DNA of 59,567 nt, filler included, from Sphacelaria rigidula (Eukaryota): the NCBI GenBank assembly GCA_964200075.2. It is 7 parts of 7 records of this genome, joined end to end, with 100 filler letters (N's around TTAATTAATTAA, not from the genome) between each part and the next. Parts side by side here need not be neighbours in the genome. Positions count along the whole stretch, not along the records: positions 1 to 8,425 come from CAXNAA020011183.1; positions 8,526 to 16,950 come from CAXNAA020011184.1; 5 more parts are not named here. One strand, given 5' to 3'. The notes beneath the pieces are model-generated. The model saw only the letters and a program-made list of their open reading frames with translations, was not told where the DNA came from and ran no database searches. This document shows positions 1 to 12,234 of the stretch, piece by piece. The position numbers and the translations under genes were made by a program. Position 1 is the first letter of the stretch; every line of letters starts with the position of its first letter.

Positions 1-14
1 GTGCTGGCGTGTGT

Positions 15-78
15 GGGGGGTGTGCTCATTTGTTGCTTGCCTTAGTCGTGTGACCATTGACCACGCATCCCTTTCGAG
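15..78 (-). repeat. Dispersed repeat family found near contig ends or gaps (also 8526-8670 +, 34099-34250 +, ~52930-52970 +)
   Basis: The reverse complement ctcgaaagggatgcgtggtcaatggtcacacgactaaggcaagcaacaaatgagcacacccc matches 8526 ctcgaaagggatccggggtgcatggtcaaatgactaaggcaagcaacaaatgagtacgcccc. The aaggcaagcaa.aaatgagt core recurs twice at 34140-34240. Confidence 0.75.
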
Positions 79-246
79 ACGGAGCATAGTCTCGGGGGGG
101 GGCTTTCGCGGCATCAGTCCGTGGTTGTACTACGATGTACGGTGCCCCGAGCTGTAGCAGATGAGAGAGCTGCGCAATCCTATTTACCTACTTGACCCCG
201 TGCCTGCTTTCCGCTACGATCACCAATCGAATGCGTTACATGCCGA

Positions 247-248
<2 letters not shown>

Positions 249-289
<41 letters not shown>
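249..289. repeat. (CA)n microsatellite
   Basis: About 20 uninterrupted AC units, followed by a (TA)n run at ~328-349. Confidence 0.95.
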
Positions 290-293
<4 letters not shown>

Positions 294-359
294 CTGATTT
301 TCTCTCGTCCTCCCAACATCGTCTTCGTATATATATATATATATATATAACATACACAG

Positions 360-3300
360 CTTGTGGAGCCGGAGTCATCACCTGTGCGCGATCGGCCGGA
401 GGAAGAGCGAGTGCCGCTGAGGCTCGGGGCGTTGGACAAAGTGTCCTTGGAGACCGACGAAAGAACGGAACTGGAACGGGAGAAGGAGGTAATGTGTCCA
501 CCGGGCGGGGAGGGGGCAGGGGAGGGTGAGGGAGGAGTCGAAATGCACCCGCGCTGACGATGATGATGTTGTGGACAGAACGTGATAAGTGAAAGTTTAG
601 GCAGTGGGTATGTCCATTCCTTAAAACGAGACTGCTTCATCAATAGTTCTATCCGGTGAATTATGCCGATGGATTTCTCCGCCAGCTGGCGGATGATATG
701 TGTATCAATACAACAGTGCTGTCTTGAAGTGCAAGTTACAGCACCGTGATTGGACACATCCGCGCGCACACACTTTTTCGACACTTGTTGAGAAAATGCT
801 TTTTTTGAACAAAATAGCTTGGTAGTCGCACACACACGCGCGCGCGCACATTGCCCGCACAGAATATTACACTTGAAAAAACGTATTTCCTTGCTTTTTC
901 CCTCGCCCTCTGTCTCTCCATGCCTCCCTCCGTCACTGGTGCTCATGATATCCACCAAAACATGAACCACAGCTGCGAGAAAAGACTGCACGCTCGAACG
1001 CCGTGGTGCTTGAGATGATCGGGGATCTGCCAGACGCGGACATGAAACCTCCTGAAAATGTCTTGTTCGTGTGCAAGCTAAACCCCGTCACCACCGACGA
1101 TGACCTGGAGATTATCTTCACCAGGTGAGGGGTGCGTGAAGGTAATGCTCACGTCCCGCCCCTGCCCTGCAGTAAGATTTTTGATTTTGTCGTTGCTGTT
1201 GTTCGGCATGCTACCCCGGTTTGTATCTCGCGCTTCTGGTTCTCCCATCGTGTTTTTTTTTGTTTTCGGGGGGGGGGGGGGGGGGGACAGGGGGTGGGTT
1301 TTTTTTTTTTTTTGGTTGGGGTTTTGCGGGGGGGGGGAGTTTTTTTTTGTTTTAGTGGGAAGGGGNNNNNNNNNNGGTGGTGTGCGTGGGGGGGGGGGGG
1401 GGGGGGAAGCACGGATGCGGTTTTGCTTTTTTGTTGTTGGTGATTTGATCGCGAGGGCAGTTCTTGTCTGTTTCTCTCTCGATTTTTTCGTGTTCTATAT
1501 TTTGGACAAATTGAAGACGCATCGGAACAAAATCTACGTGGTTTTTTCAAGTGAGTAAACCACTTTACTATTTATTGATCACACTATCTGGTAATCTTGG
1601 AATCTTTCAAGTATACATATATATATATATACATACTCCCTCTGTCCGAAAATATAAGTCCGATTTGAACCTTACGTCAAATAAAACGCTCTAGACTACG
1701 AAAAAGCAGGTACTGGGTTCGGTTCCCTCCCTGAACACCGTTTTTTTCGAAAAAAACACTCTTTTTCCTTCGTTTTTTTCCTTCATGCCTTTTCTCCGGT
1801 TTAAAGGTCCCAATTTTCGGCACCCTGTAGTTTTGCTTCCGGTCAACGGGATATATATATATATATATATATATATTCAAAGTACACGCCTTCAGGTGGC
1901 TACATATAGCCAAGATTCCACGGAAAAAAAACGACTGAAAAAAACGTTTTCCTCGCCACGTAACCGAGGAAAAACGACACGGTCTTTTTCCTTACTAACC
2001 AGATCTTCGGCAAATCCGTCTGGGGCCAAAAAAATCCATGGAAGGGGATAAAAACGAACCATCCCCTGTTTTAGACCATTTCTTCAACAGTACTACCATT
2101 GGCAGCACAAGAAAAATGAGGCGAAAAAAATTATTGCAACGCTCTGAACGACAAACCGACCTAATATTTCAACTTCCATTGGGGCTTATATTTTCGGACA
2201 TATGGAGTATATATCGTGCGTCTTGTCGATATCCTGCCCCCCGTTTTGCTCATTTTGATCGGCTTTCCGACCCACCGCGTATTTTCCCTTCTCTCTTTTT
2301 ATTTCACGTTGCCCCCTCCTTTGACGCTTGATCCTTCTTGATTCTCCCCTACGTTGTTGCTTAATACTGTTCATTTTTTCATTTCAGGTTTGGCTCGTGT
2401 CGTGCGGAGATATGCCGGGACCATGTGACGGGGGACAGCCTGAACTACGCCTTCGTGGAGTTCGAAGCAGTCGAGTCGTGCGAAGAGGTCGGTTGCATTC
2501 ATAAGCCAGTCCCTCCTTACAGCATAAGGGATAGGGTACAGCACGAGAGTAGTCAAGCAAACCAGGATTGTTATCCAACCACAGTCTCGTGGGGCATGGG
2601 GTTGATGTAGTCATGATGTAGTGGAGTATGACCTGTGCGAGAAGGTCACCATGCCCCTCAGGCCGAATGAAAGCAGTCACCTCGAGTGTGAGTGTTTCTT
2701 GCTGATTTTCTTCTCTCCAATAAACAAGACGCGTGTTGAGAGGGTATTTTCTCGAGTGTTTGCTGCTGCAACTGTCTGCTTTTTTACTCTCAAGAGCTTG
2801 ATGAAAATTCTCGCCGGAGGATTGTTTTTTTGTTGTTGCAAAAATTTTTGAACACTCGATCCAGGCTGCTGCTCCCCTTTGCAGCTGCTTCACTTGTGTC
2901 GCCCGACGGTACGGTCATGTGCTTGCTGAAATCGTGGTGGCCGGGCCGGGTGTCGATAGAGTACTCAGCATGTTTTTTTTTTTGCTGTGGATGATGATGA
3001 TGTTTTTATTGTGTGTACGTGTTGCTTCGCCACTGTGTTTTTTTTTTTCGCGCGCTGTGCATATTTGGTGAATTGACAATCACTCCCGCAGGCGTTCAAG
3101 AAGATGAACAACGTGCTGATCGATGACCGTCGAATCCGGGTGGATTTCAGCCAGTCTGTTTCCAAGGAATGGTGAGAGGGAATGTCGGCTTGCGAGTGAC
3201 TTCTACTTTAGATGGAGGCGATCAACGGTGATGCAGCCAGTCAACGCCTGATGTACAAAGGGGAGCGTTCCCAACGTGTGTGTATGCATATGTGTATGGA

Positions 3301-3834
3301 TACTATTATTCCTAGTATATGTGTCTTGTGATGCTTTTTGACAGTACATATTTTGTTGCGTGTTCGAGGTCAAAAATGCCCCGTGCCGATCCTGGAGTGT
3401 GCTTGTTCTCATCTACTCTTTCCCATTGGCCATTCAGCATCCGGATGTGGTTCAGATTATAGTGTGCACGCTGTAGTTGTCCCCCTCTTGATTTTATTTG
3501 CGCGCAAAACGATGACTACCATACCTCACGAGCGTAACCATACGCTCGCCCACGGCATTCGCTAATAGCATTCTGGACCTGCGGGTGCGATCGGCCCGTG
3601 GTGGAATTGATATTATAGTCGTGCTCTCCTGCGTGGCTTATTGCACCGTATGTTGGACCAATCCATGCGCTGCCCCCGGTGCCCGTGCCTAGCAGTCATG
3701 ATTTGCAGCGCATGATGTCCGGAACAAACTTCAACATTAAGGCGCATTCACTGTGCATACTCGTACGCATCGCGTCTGCCAAAACCATGTACTGTATCGG
3801 TCCATCGTACCCCCCCCCCCCCCCCCCCGCGCCG

Positions 3835-3868
<34 letters not shown>

Positions 3869-4844
3869 ACCACCTCCCACCCCATCGTCTTTCGGAAATA
3901 GGACCAAGTACAAGAGCAGGGCTCAAGGTGGGCAGAAGCTTGCCAGCGGCAAAAGCGTCAAGCCTGCACAACGTCAACAACAGCAGCCTCCTCTTGCAGC
4001 ATCTCGAAACAACAGGGCCAGCGGCAGCGCTGGTGGTGGTGTTGGTGGTGATGGTGGTAGCCGTCGAAGCAAGTGGGGAAACGCCTCCGTCCCCGAAGCG
4101 CACACACCTACTCCCGCCTCGGGCTCTACTGTCAGTAGAAGCGCAGACAATGTTGGCGGCGGCTTCCGCCGTAAAAATGGTAGCTATCACGGCAACACCG
4201 GGAATGGCGCTCGAGGGGAAAGTAGTGGGCATGATCGCGGCGGCAGTAGGGGCAACGGCCACGGAGTAGAGGTGGAACGACGAGAACGGGGCGGAAAAGA
4301 GCGGCTGTCCGGCGGGCGTGATGAAGGAGTTGGCGATAGCGATCGGGGGGGTTCGAGGAGTGGGGGGAGGGGGAGGGACGGTAGCGGTGGTGGGGATCGT
4401 CAGAGGTCTGGTGAACGGGGTTATGGCGATGATCGGCGGGGTAGAGATGAACACAATACGGAGCGGGGCGGGCGGGCGGGTGGTGAGGTCAGCGGTAGGC
4501 GTGACCGTATTGATCGAGATGATGATGATGATGGCCGGGGCAGTGGGGGTAAACGATCGAGACGTGAAGGCAGTGGTAGAGATCACCGCGATAGCGGTAG
4601 TGCGAACGGCGGCCGACGAGAGAGGCACGGCGGTGGTGGAGATAAAGGTGGTGGTGGTAAACATGAGGGTGGAGATCGCCACAGTGGAAGAGCGGAAAGG
4701 GATGAGAGGAGGAGTGGAGAAAAGAGGGAGCGAGGGCGGGGCGGTGGCGGAGAGAGGGATGAGAGAGATAGGAAGCGCAGCAGGAGTAGGAGTAGAGAGA
4801 GGGCGCGCAAGAGAAGTATCAGCCGAGAAAGACGCCGGCGGTGA
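360..4844 (+). CDS. PPIL4: Cyclophilin-RRM-RS protein (PPIL4/CYP59-like), 5'-partial; exons 360-488, 973-1124, 2388-2487, 3092-3171, 3902-4844
   Basis: Phase-consistent GT-AG splicing gives LVEPESSP...[118 protein letters not shown], followed by a Gly/Arg/Asp-rich tail ending [22 protein letters not shown]. This matches the characteristic PPIL4 RRM region. The cyclophilin domain would lie upstream of the contig. Confidence 0.93.
1636..2207. mobile_element. Stowaway/Tc1-mariner-type MITE in a PPIL4 intron
   Basis: TIRs ctccctctgtccgaaaatataag / cttatattttcggacatatggag, flanked by TA on both sides; no recognisable coding sequence. Confidence 0.8.
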
Positions 4845-5196
4845 TCATGCCCATGTGGATAGTTTGGGGGTGTCATTCTCGCGTGGTCGCGTGTACGGGA
4901 ACTAGGAACGATGCCGAATGTTGGCCGTGTGAGTTGTGTAGAGAATTGGTTGCTATCGGGCCACTTGCGTGGGGTGAATCGAATATAATTCGCGCATATT
5001 GCCGTGTCGACAGTTTTTTTTGTGACTGTGGGAATCGTTGGAATGTTGGGACGTGTCTATCGACTGAGGGTGTGAAGACTCTGTGGCGAGAGGTGGAGAC
5101 AAGTGCGTATTACTGGATTCCTTGGAAAAGAGAAGTATTCCACTCTCAAGGACTCCATGACCCCATGTGTCTCTTGATCCATCAGGTGTACTCTCA

Positions 5197-5564
5197 GGCC
5201 CTGTCTTAGCACATTGGTTTTCGATTGAAATTGCGCGGTGGAAAGCAAAAACCCCGATCTGATAGGTTGTAATATCAATCACCGTCGTTAATTTTGAAGA
5301 TGGTTGAAATCATGATCTATCAGATCAGGATTTTTGTTTTCCACCGCACTTTTTCGATCGAAAACTAATGTGCTAAGGCCAACTCTTATGGGAGCGTTTG
5401 AAAATTTATTTTGCAACAGTTTCAGAGGAGATTTTTTTCTTTCTTTGTCATCATGGTGGATGGGCACAAAATACACAACTACGGCAAAGAAAGAAAAAGT
5501 CGATTAAAATTAAAGCAAAATAAAATTAGAGACGCTCCCATAAGAGTTGACCTAAGACAGGGCC
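5197..5564. mobile_element. Palindromic PIF/Harbinger-type MITE whose right TIR is interrupted by a second MITE
   Basis: The left arm ggccctgtcttagcacattggttttcgattgaaattgcgcggtggaaagcaaaaaccccgatctgatag pairs with ctatcagatcaggatttttgttttccaccgcactttttcgatcgaaaactaatgtgctaa[insert]gacagggcc. Outer flanks are tca/tcg. Confidence 0.8.
5377..5552. mobile_element. Nested PIF/Harbinger (Tourist-like) MITE with TAA target-site duplication
   Basis: TIRs ggccaactcttatgggagcgt / acgctcccataagagttgacc; TAA at 5374-5376 and 5553-5555. Confidence 0.82.
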
Positions 5565-7181
5565 TCGATGCAAAAGTGTAGACGAGGTATTTTTATTGGT
5601 TCGACCGACCAAATGACGGTAGTTCACCAACGACATGGATATGTCGTAGTGCTTCATTCGGAGGAATACGCCCTCTGAACAAGGTTCAAAATCGTCAGGG
5701 TCACTTTTCTTCTGTAAGAATTCGTCTTTCACTCTTCGGTCACAATCAGGCGAAATTAATTTTGAACGGATCCCGTTGGAGTTGGCCTCATTTCGTTCTG
5801 CAGCGAAATAGGACAACAAGACAAAAATTGCAGCTTGGCATTATTAGCAACGTGGATGAAACTGTTCGGATTGATACGACTGGATTATTGTCATGCTTCA
5901 TTCGGGAGAAATGCATCACGGGATGGTGCGACACGGAACTGCTCTCTCCCCGTCCATTTGTGTCTTTTGCCTCAATGGTTGTCCTCTGCTGGCAACTCGT
6001 ACGGACGGGCTCCTCTGGGTGCCGTCGTTGGCGCATTGTTTATCAAACTGTATCGAGGGACAGACAGCTTTTTCATGCTTGACTTGAAGGAGAGAAGAAC
6101 GGCGAGGCTCAGTATCCCACGAGCCTCGTTACAGACTACTCCATGAAACCATGTTCCAATTTTTGCTGGTCCTACCTTATTCGTTCTTGTTCACGCTCCG
6201 CCGATTGGTGTCGACTCAACAGGCTTGCGCTACCATAATTTTACAGCGTTCACACGTCGTATTGTACGAACATGGTGTAGGTCCCAAGTACTACCGAATC
6301 CAGCCGAATTATCGAAAAACATCGAGCCAAGTTGTGTTGGTGTATGATGTACAGGTATAAATATGGAAGGATATCTCAAGAACCCAGTTCACGTCTGGGT
6401 GTTGCAGATTGGGCAGTAGGCATTGCCGTTGGTGGTTCCCTCTTGTGAACCGCGGGTTAGATCATTTTCTGAGCCGAATGTCACCAATAGAAACAATGAA
6501 ATTTCGAATGTACTCATGAACTCATCTCTGTGTGGGGTATTTACATCAACACCAACTTCTCTCCGTATTCCTCCAGGCGGTGAACCTGCACGACTTCAAG
6601 CGAGGTAAGGAGGATGGGGAAGCCGATGACCAAGTGAAACGTTGCTGCTGTATGCTATTTAAATGTTGGAGTATCATGTGCGTGCAGGAACAGGAGACCC
6701 TACCGCGTGTTTCATACTTGTGTTGAACCAGTCTATCTTGCCGCTTGGATGACAGGAACTTGGTTTGGCTTATCTAGCGTGCTTCTTGTTTGGGGTGCAT
6801 CCAGGCTATCTTTGAAATCCTTGATGACACGTGTAGTAGATTGACGTGGGTGGTGTGTGTTGCGTGGCACTGTTGAGGTTTGCGTCATGAGCTCTGAAAT
6901 AACACGCAGCAGTCTGTTCTACTCCCAGCCTTACACATGAAACCCAACCCAACCCTAGTTTTCATACACTAGCATACACACGCAAAAACTAGTACCGTGA
7001 ACAAACCAAGGTCCATAGCCCCAAACCCAAACAGTTGTATGTGTGACATGCGGCAATTGCCCCATGCGCCAATGGCAATGGCCTTCGACGGTTGAGGGGC
7101 ATTGCATTATCTTCGCTAACGTGACTCTCGTTGGATTCACGCTGTTGCTGTTCAATCTTCAGCAGGAGCTAGGATACAATC

Positions 7182-7748
7182 ATGCCTGGTCTTTTGTCAG
7201 CGGCGACGGCCGCGGTTGTGCTAGGGTCGGCACATGCTTTTGCGGTAAGTGCCGCCTACATGCGTACCGTAGCTCGGTTGGTTCTTCTGGTGTAGCTATG
7301 TATGGGACCAATTTTGGCCCTGGTGGCATTCTCCGGACTGTTGCGAGCGCGTGGTGCCGTTTACATCTTGGTAGGAGCAGAAGACATGCGATTGAATTGT
7401 CGTGCGCAGAGTAACAGTCCTGGGCGTCTGTATAGCAAATCTTGAGTTCGCATGTACAGTAGTAGTAGAAAGTAGTGGAGGCATGAGCACGGGGTGGCGA
7501 GATAGTGGCGGAATGATGGTGTGCGACGTGTCAATCAATCCTTTGTTGGACGCAACCTGTCTGTCCGTGTACAGACAGCACAGGTCCTCACGACGGCTGT
7601 GTACTCTACCATGCATGGAAAGCATTGCTCTGTGCGATGTAGCTTCGTCCCATGGGTTGATTTCACTGTGCCCCGCATCGGTTCGGACCACCGTGTACCG
7701 CCCCCTCTGTTATCTATCCGCCGTAATCAGCACACCGTAGCCATGGCC
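7182..7748 (+). CDS. 5' end of an unknown secreted or plastid-targeted protein; coding exons 7182-7244 and probable micro-exon 7731-7748; probable 5'-UTR exon 6577-6604
   Basis: acaatcATG with an in-frame upstream stop, then MPGLLSAATAAVVLGSAHAFA and a GTAAGT donor. The hydrophobic signal ends in AHA-F. Next is taatcag|CACACCGTAGCCATGGCC|gtacgt (HTVAMA, phase 0). An upstream 28-nt exon is bounded by ctccag and gtaagg. Confidence 0.45.
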
Positions 7749-8425
7749 GTACGTTAGATAGCACCCCCTCGAGCAGTAGGGAAAACTCGACGTTGTACAT
7801 CATCAAAAATATAAATCAGTTTTTCCTTATTGTGGGCTGTGGTGAATAGATCCAAAAGATGCATGAAAAACTTTTCACAGCACGTGCTGTTTACGACATC
7901 AGCTTTTACGTCGTAGCCCGCCTAATGCTACTTTACAGTTCCCATGTACAAGTACGCCATCTTGTATGCTCCCTGCTGGCAACTTGTCATGTACTGTTGT
8001 CTGCATTGTGTACTGTACACATAGAACATTGTAAGACGATGAACTGCAATCGTCATACCATGAGCTTGTGCAATGTGCTCTGCGCTTTTTGACTGTTCGA
8101 GCCGGTGTGCAGCAGATGTTACATCGGCTTCGTGCACATGTACTTGAAAACACTCGTGATGCGTGTAATCAACATACAGTAAGGAAGCTCGACTAAAGTG
8201 TTCCGAAATAACATATTCCGTTGCCCAGTTGATTGAGTCTCCAATACTAATGTTGGCGCTGTGCGCCGTAGTAGTAGGGCGGGCAGGGTATGTGATGACT
8301 AGCACAAGCAAGAAAAATCAAATCACTATAATTAATTTGAGAGAGATATATCAACGTTGTTTTCTGTGTCGTATCGTTGGTAACCTCGAAACGACACAGA
8401 AAACAACGTTGATATATCTCTCTCA

Positions 8426-8525
8426 NNNNNNNNNNNNNNNNNNNNNNNNNNNNNNNNNNNNNNNNNNNNTTAATTAATTAANNNNNNNNNNNNNNNNNNN
8501 NNNNNNNNNNNNNNNNNNNNNNNNN
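8426..8525. other. Artificial contig linker (N44-TTAATTAATTAA-N44); identical linkers at 16951-17050, 25475-25574, 33999-34098, 42522-42621, 51045-51144
   Basis: Six identical 100-nt spacers with a six-frame stop cassette; contig lengths fall from 8425 to 8423 without ever rising. Confidence 0.98.
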
Positions 8526-9150
8526 CTCGAAAGGGATCCGGGGTGCATGGTCAAATGACTAAGGCAAGCAACAAATGAGTACGCCCCTCCCCCCCCCCCC
8601 CGTTTCCTGCGAGGTCAACGGTGTCATGACTACGGCGTGCAATATCATGAGAACACCTCCCCCCTTCCCCCCATCCCCCGTCTCATCGTCTTTCCGCGGT
8701 ACTGTACGCGCCTCACATTTCGGTATCGCGCGGGTTGGATTAGCACTCCCACACAGCGTCGACTCTCGCCAAATAAATCTTTGTCACGCTTGTCTCCATG
8801 TTTTCAACCATGAAAGTCAGATACTTCCAGGGGGGGAAACACCCTTAGCCCACGCCTGCCGGACACTTGAAAACTTGCATTTTTCCGCCCTACGAGTACT
8901 CTTACTCGTAGTAACCGGTCTTAGTTGTACCATAAAATAAAATAAAAAACGCCACCAAGGGCGAGAAATTATCCAATATAAAATAATGGCCAGGTCCACG
9001 GCTGTGGACCCAAGTAAAGGATGCGAGCAGCTGCGTAAGTCGCCATTATATCAATGATAGGACCGCAACATGTGCATGAAATAGGGATGGATCCCTGAGT
9101 GATAACCCGATGGAAATAAAAAGTAAATCAACAGCAAGGACGTTTGTTTT

Positions 9151-9215
9151 CGACGGCGTAGACTCCGCGACGGCGTAGACTCCGCGACGGCGTAGACTCC
9201 GCGACGGCGTAGACT
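9151..9215. repeat. 17-bp tandem repeat (cgacggcgtagactccg) x~3.8
   Basis: Three perfect copies plus a 14-nt partial copy. Confidence 0.95.
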
Positions 9216-10072
9216 AAGGGCTAGATACGCACGGGTGCGCATCTGCAATAATATCATGTACAACGGCCGCGCAAATCTTGAGAAAATGTTGTACAAAGGG
9301 AGAGCAAGCAGCCCCCAGATGACTGACTGCTGGTGAACGTCGCAAAATACACGTCTTGGATGAGCAAATGCGGTATCATAGTACGTGCGTGATCCGTATA
9401 AGCTGTGTACTAAAAGTACTGCTATAGGACGTGAGACACGTCTGTACAAGCTAAAGGCCCACAGCACACACCGGGGTGCAAGTTCGACGGTAGTACAGAT
9501 TTAACGATAGCAGACGCCTTTTTTTTGCCCAAAAGGACGGGTGCACAGCACGTTTGACAGTTGGCAACAACAGTACAGACAGTGGACTACAGACAGACAG
9601 TTACCGTACAACAGTGCATCCGTGTACATCGACCAACCATGTTCGAATATATTTGACACAGGATTCCACGATCATTGGATGGCTGGAGATGGCGCACGTA
9701 TTTTGGGACGAGGTCGACCCACATCATTCGGTATGCAAGCATATCGTATCTCAATAGTGAGGAAATACGGTACAATATGTCCATGTCTACGGTACGACGG
9801 TTGTGTTGCACATGTGACGTCATCATACAACAAACATGCGCAGTAAAGCCAGCGCGTTCAAGTGCGTAGTACAGTTAGCACCGCACTCCCACGGGTACTG
9901 TAGTATTTTCTCCATTGCCTGCTTGTACTGTCAACGCCGATGTAGGTGGCGCCATGGACAATGGGTGCGGCCCACCTTATCCAGTACGGAGGGCGCACAG
10001 GGAACAGTTTCTCACTCGGAGATCTTCCCGCTGTGGAAGTGCCCGTGTGGTGGCGAACAGTTCGCCACTTAC

Positions 10073-10883
10073 CAGCTTAGCCTCCCCTTCGATGTACAGA
10101 GGGTGGAGGTGAACACCATGTAGACGGGGTTGGTTGCCTTGAGGACGGTGGGCTGGGGAACGAAGTCTACGTCCACTCACTGTACAGTTGAAGGCGACGC
10201 TAAATCTGCTATATGGCGAACTGTATGAGCCAACACTGGCGCCTCCACAGCGGGGAAATCCCCGAGTGAGAAGCTGTTACTTATACGACCATACGCCCCC
10301 TGTCGTGGGTAAGGTAGGCCGCACCCATAATCCACGGGTGTCGCCTACACGCAGCACTCAACAACATCACTTCATGAGGTGATAGCGTTAATACATTCTG
10401 GAAAACAAATTGCTGAAGAATATTTGCGCGTACACAGCGGTCGGTGTTAAAACTCACCGCCTGATGCCCTCTTGTTCGCTGGTTGCTTTCAGCACCACTT
10501 CCCTCCCCGCCCTTGGCAACCCTTGCTCCAGCCACCGCCCCTGCTGTCGCCGCGCGGTCACCTTTCCCCAACTCCAGCTTGCCACCCCTCCCTTCCCAAC
10601 TCAGTTGAAAGTGTAACCTCCTCATCACCCAATTCAACAAACGCTCCACCGCCGCCGCGGCCGCCCCCACAAGCCCCCCGGTCGCCCGCCGGGTATCCAT
10701 ATTGCTGCCTGCCGTGTTGAGTCCTGGTCGGTTATTCTTGAACCATGTTGCCGGGCTTGTGGCGAACTCGAAGAAAATCAGTAGGCACAGGAGTGCGCAG
10801 ATGATGACCCCTGGCCAGGGCAGGGCTAGGCTTGCCAGGCACACCGCCCAGGCCACGATTGCGCCAAGGTTTACACTCCACAT
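10073..10883 (-). CDS. Unknown protein with a hydrophobic (possible two-TM) segment, partial; candidate exons 10883(or further upstream)-10458 and 10152-10073
   Basis: MWSVNLGAIVAWAVCLASLALPWPGVIICALLCLLIFF...RGHQA|GTGAGT, then ccccag|PTVLKATNPVYMVFTSTLCTSKGRLS|GTAAGT. Phases agree, but I recognise no domain. Confidence 0.35.
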
Positions 10884-12234
10884 TACTGCTGTTGATGTTG
10901 ACGTTGTTGTTCCGCACGACGCATTCGGAATGAGTCCCCCTTCGCCTGCCCTCCCCCCGCGTCGCTTCTTCTGATGTTCAGCTAGGTTCTCGCGGCGCCA
11001 CTGTACTGTACTCGAGTACTTCTTACTGCAGCCAAAAGACAGTGCAGCGCAGCGAGGTCGAGTGCAGTACAGACAGTATAGTCTGTATCTGGGTCCGTGT
11101 ACGCGTGTATGCCCGTATGCTCTCCTTCCGTTACGTCAACCACTTGTTTTGTTGTGGTACAGACGACAGTACAGAAGTAGTGGTAGTTTTGTTGTATGCT
11201 GTGGTGCGAATGCTAGTGGCACACGCACTTGAATATTGAAAATAAAAATGGGTGCATCACAAAAAACGGACGCCGACACGCTCCCCTCGACCCAGCGAAC
11301 AATCTCCGAAGCTCAACGAAAACCCATCTAGCGATGCAAGCGCAAATCGAAAGCGTCAGACAAGAGTTAGATGCTTCAATGGCCCCAGGAGCCTTTGCTC
11401 GGGCCTTTGCAGGGTTTCCCTGGCTGGGGTACAGGAGCCGGGGTACACCCGAAGTTGCACGTCCCTATCGGAAAAATTGATATGCAAGACACCTGATCGT
11501 CGTCAACTCAAGTACCATCGACGACAGCTCCACCAGTACAGAGCAAGTTATTCCTCTCCTAATCGGTACGGCTTTCAGTGTTACCCCTGCCGCTATTTCT
11601 GCTCTTAGTGCTGTACTGCATGATCTCGCCCCCACTAACAATCAATGGTGTACCGTACCCGGATCGATCCCAGCAGAAGTCCGACGTCTGGGACAAGTGA
11701 TCGCAGCTTCAACGATTCCTCCAATCCGAGATGACGCAATAAAAGTATATGGTCGCCCAGGGTCGCACTTATCTTTCCTTCCCCTTTGTTTGAAAAAAAG
11801 TAGAAGATAACTATAGCTGGATATGGAAAGTGTCCAATTATCTCAGTATCGTGTACAGCACCACCAAACTGATAGGTGTATGTACGCTGACACACCACGA
11901 CGTGGCCCGCGGACGATGTACAATACGGTCTGTGCTGGGAGACGAGCAAATTCTGATATTCTGCCAATGAAGACCAACAGGAACAAGAATACGTTTGATA
12001 AAGAGGCGTGCTTTTGTAACCGACACGCAATACATCATCAGCCCATTTTTGTCGTCGGCGAGAACGCCGTCCACGTCAAACATACATTCCGGTCCGTCGT
12101 TCGGTATCTACGATACTACAGTAGTCGCTTTGACGCATGTCAGTATTATATGAGGTTTGGAGAACTGAGCACTATCTAGAGGGATCGGGCGTTGCTGCCG
12201 CGTGATCCAGTGTGCTCCATGAAGCTGTGGAGAT

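Noticed and set aside
1100..1558. Poly-G/F/K ORFs around a 10-N gap (similar at 52540-53039)
   Set aside because: Homopolymer-rich, low-quality sequence at gap edges.
3679..4905. Several long overlapping and antisense ORFs
   Set aside because: Shadows of the GC-rich low-complexity last exon of PPIL4; their 5' parts run through an intronic poly-C tract.
8470..8481. Recurrent TTAATTAATTAA palindrome at ~8.5-kb spacing
   Set aside because: Assembly linker embedded in N runs.
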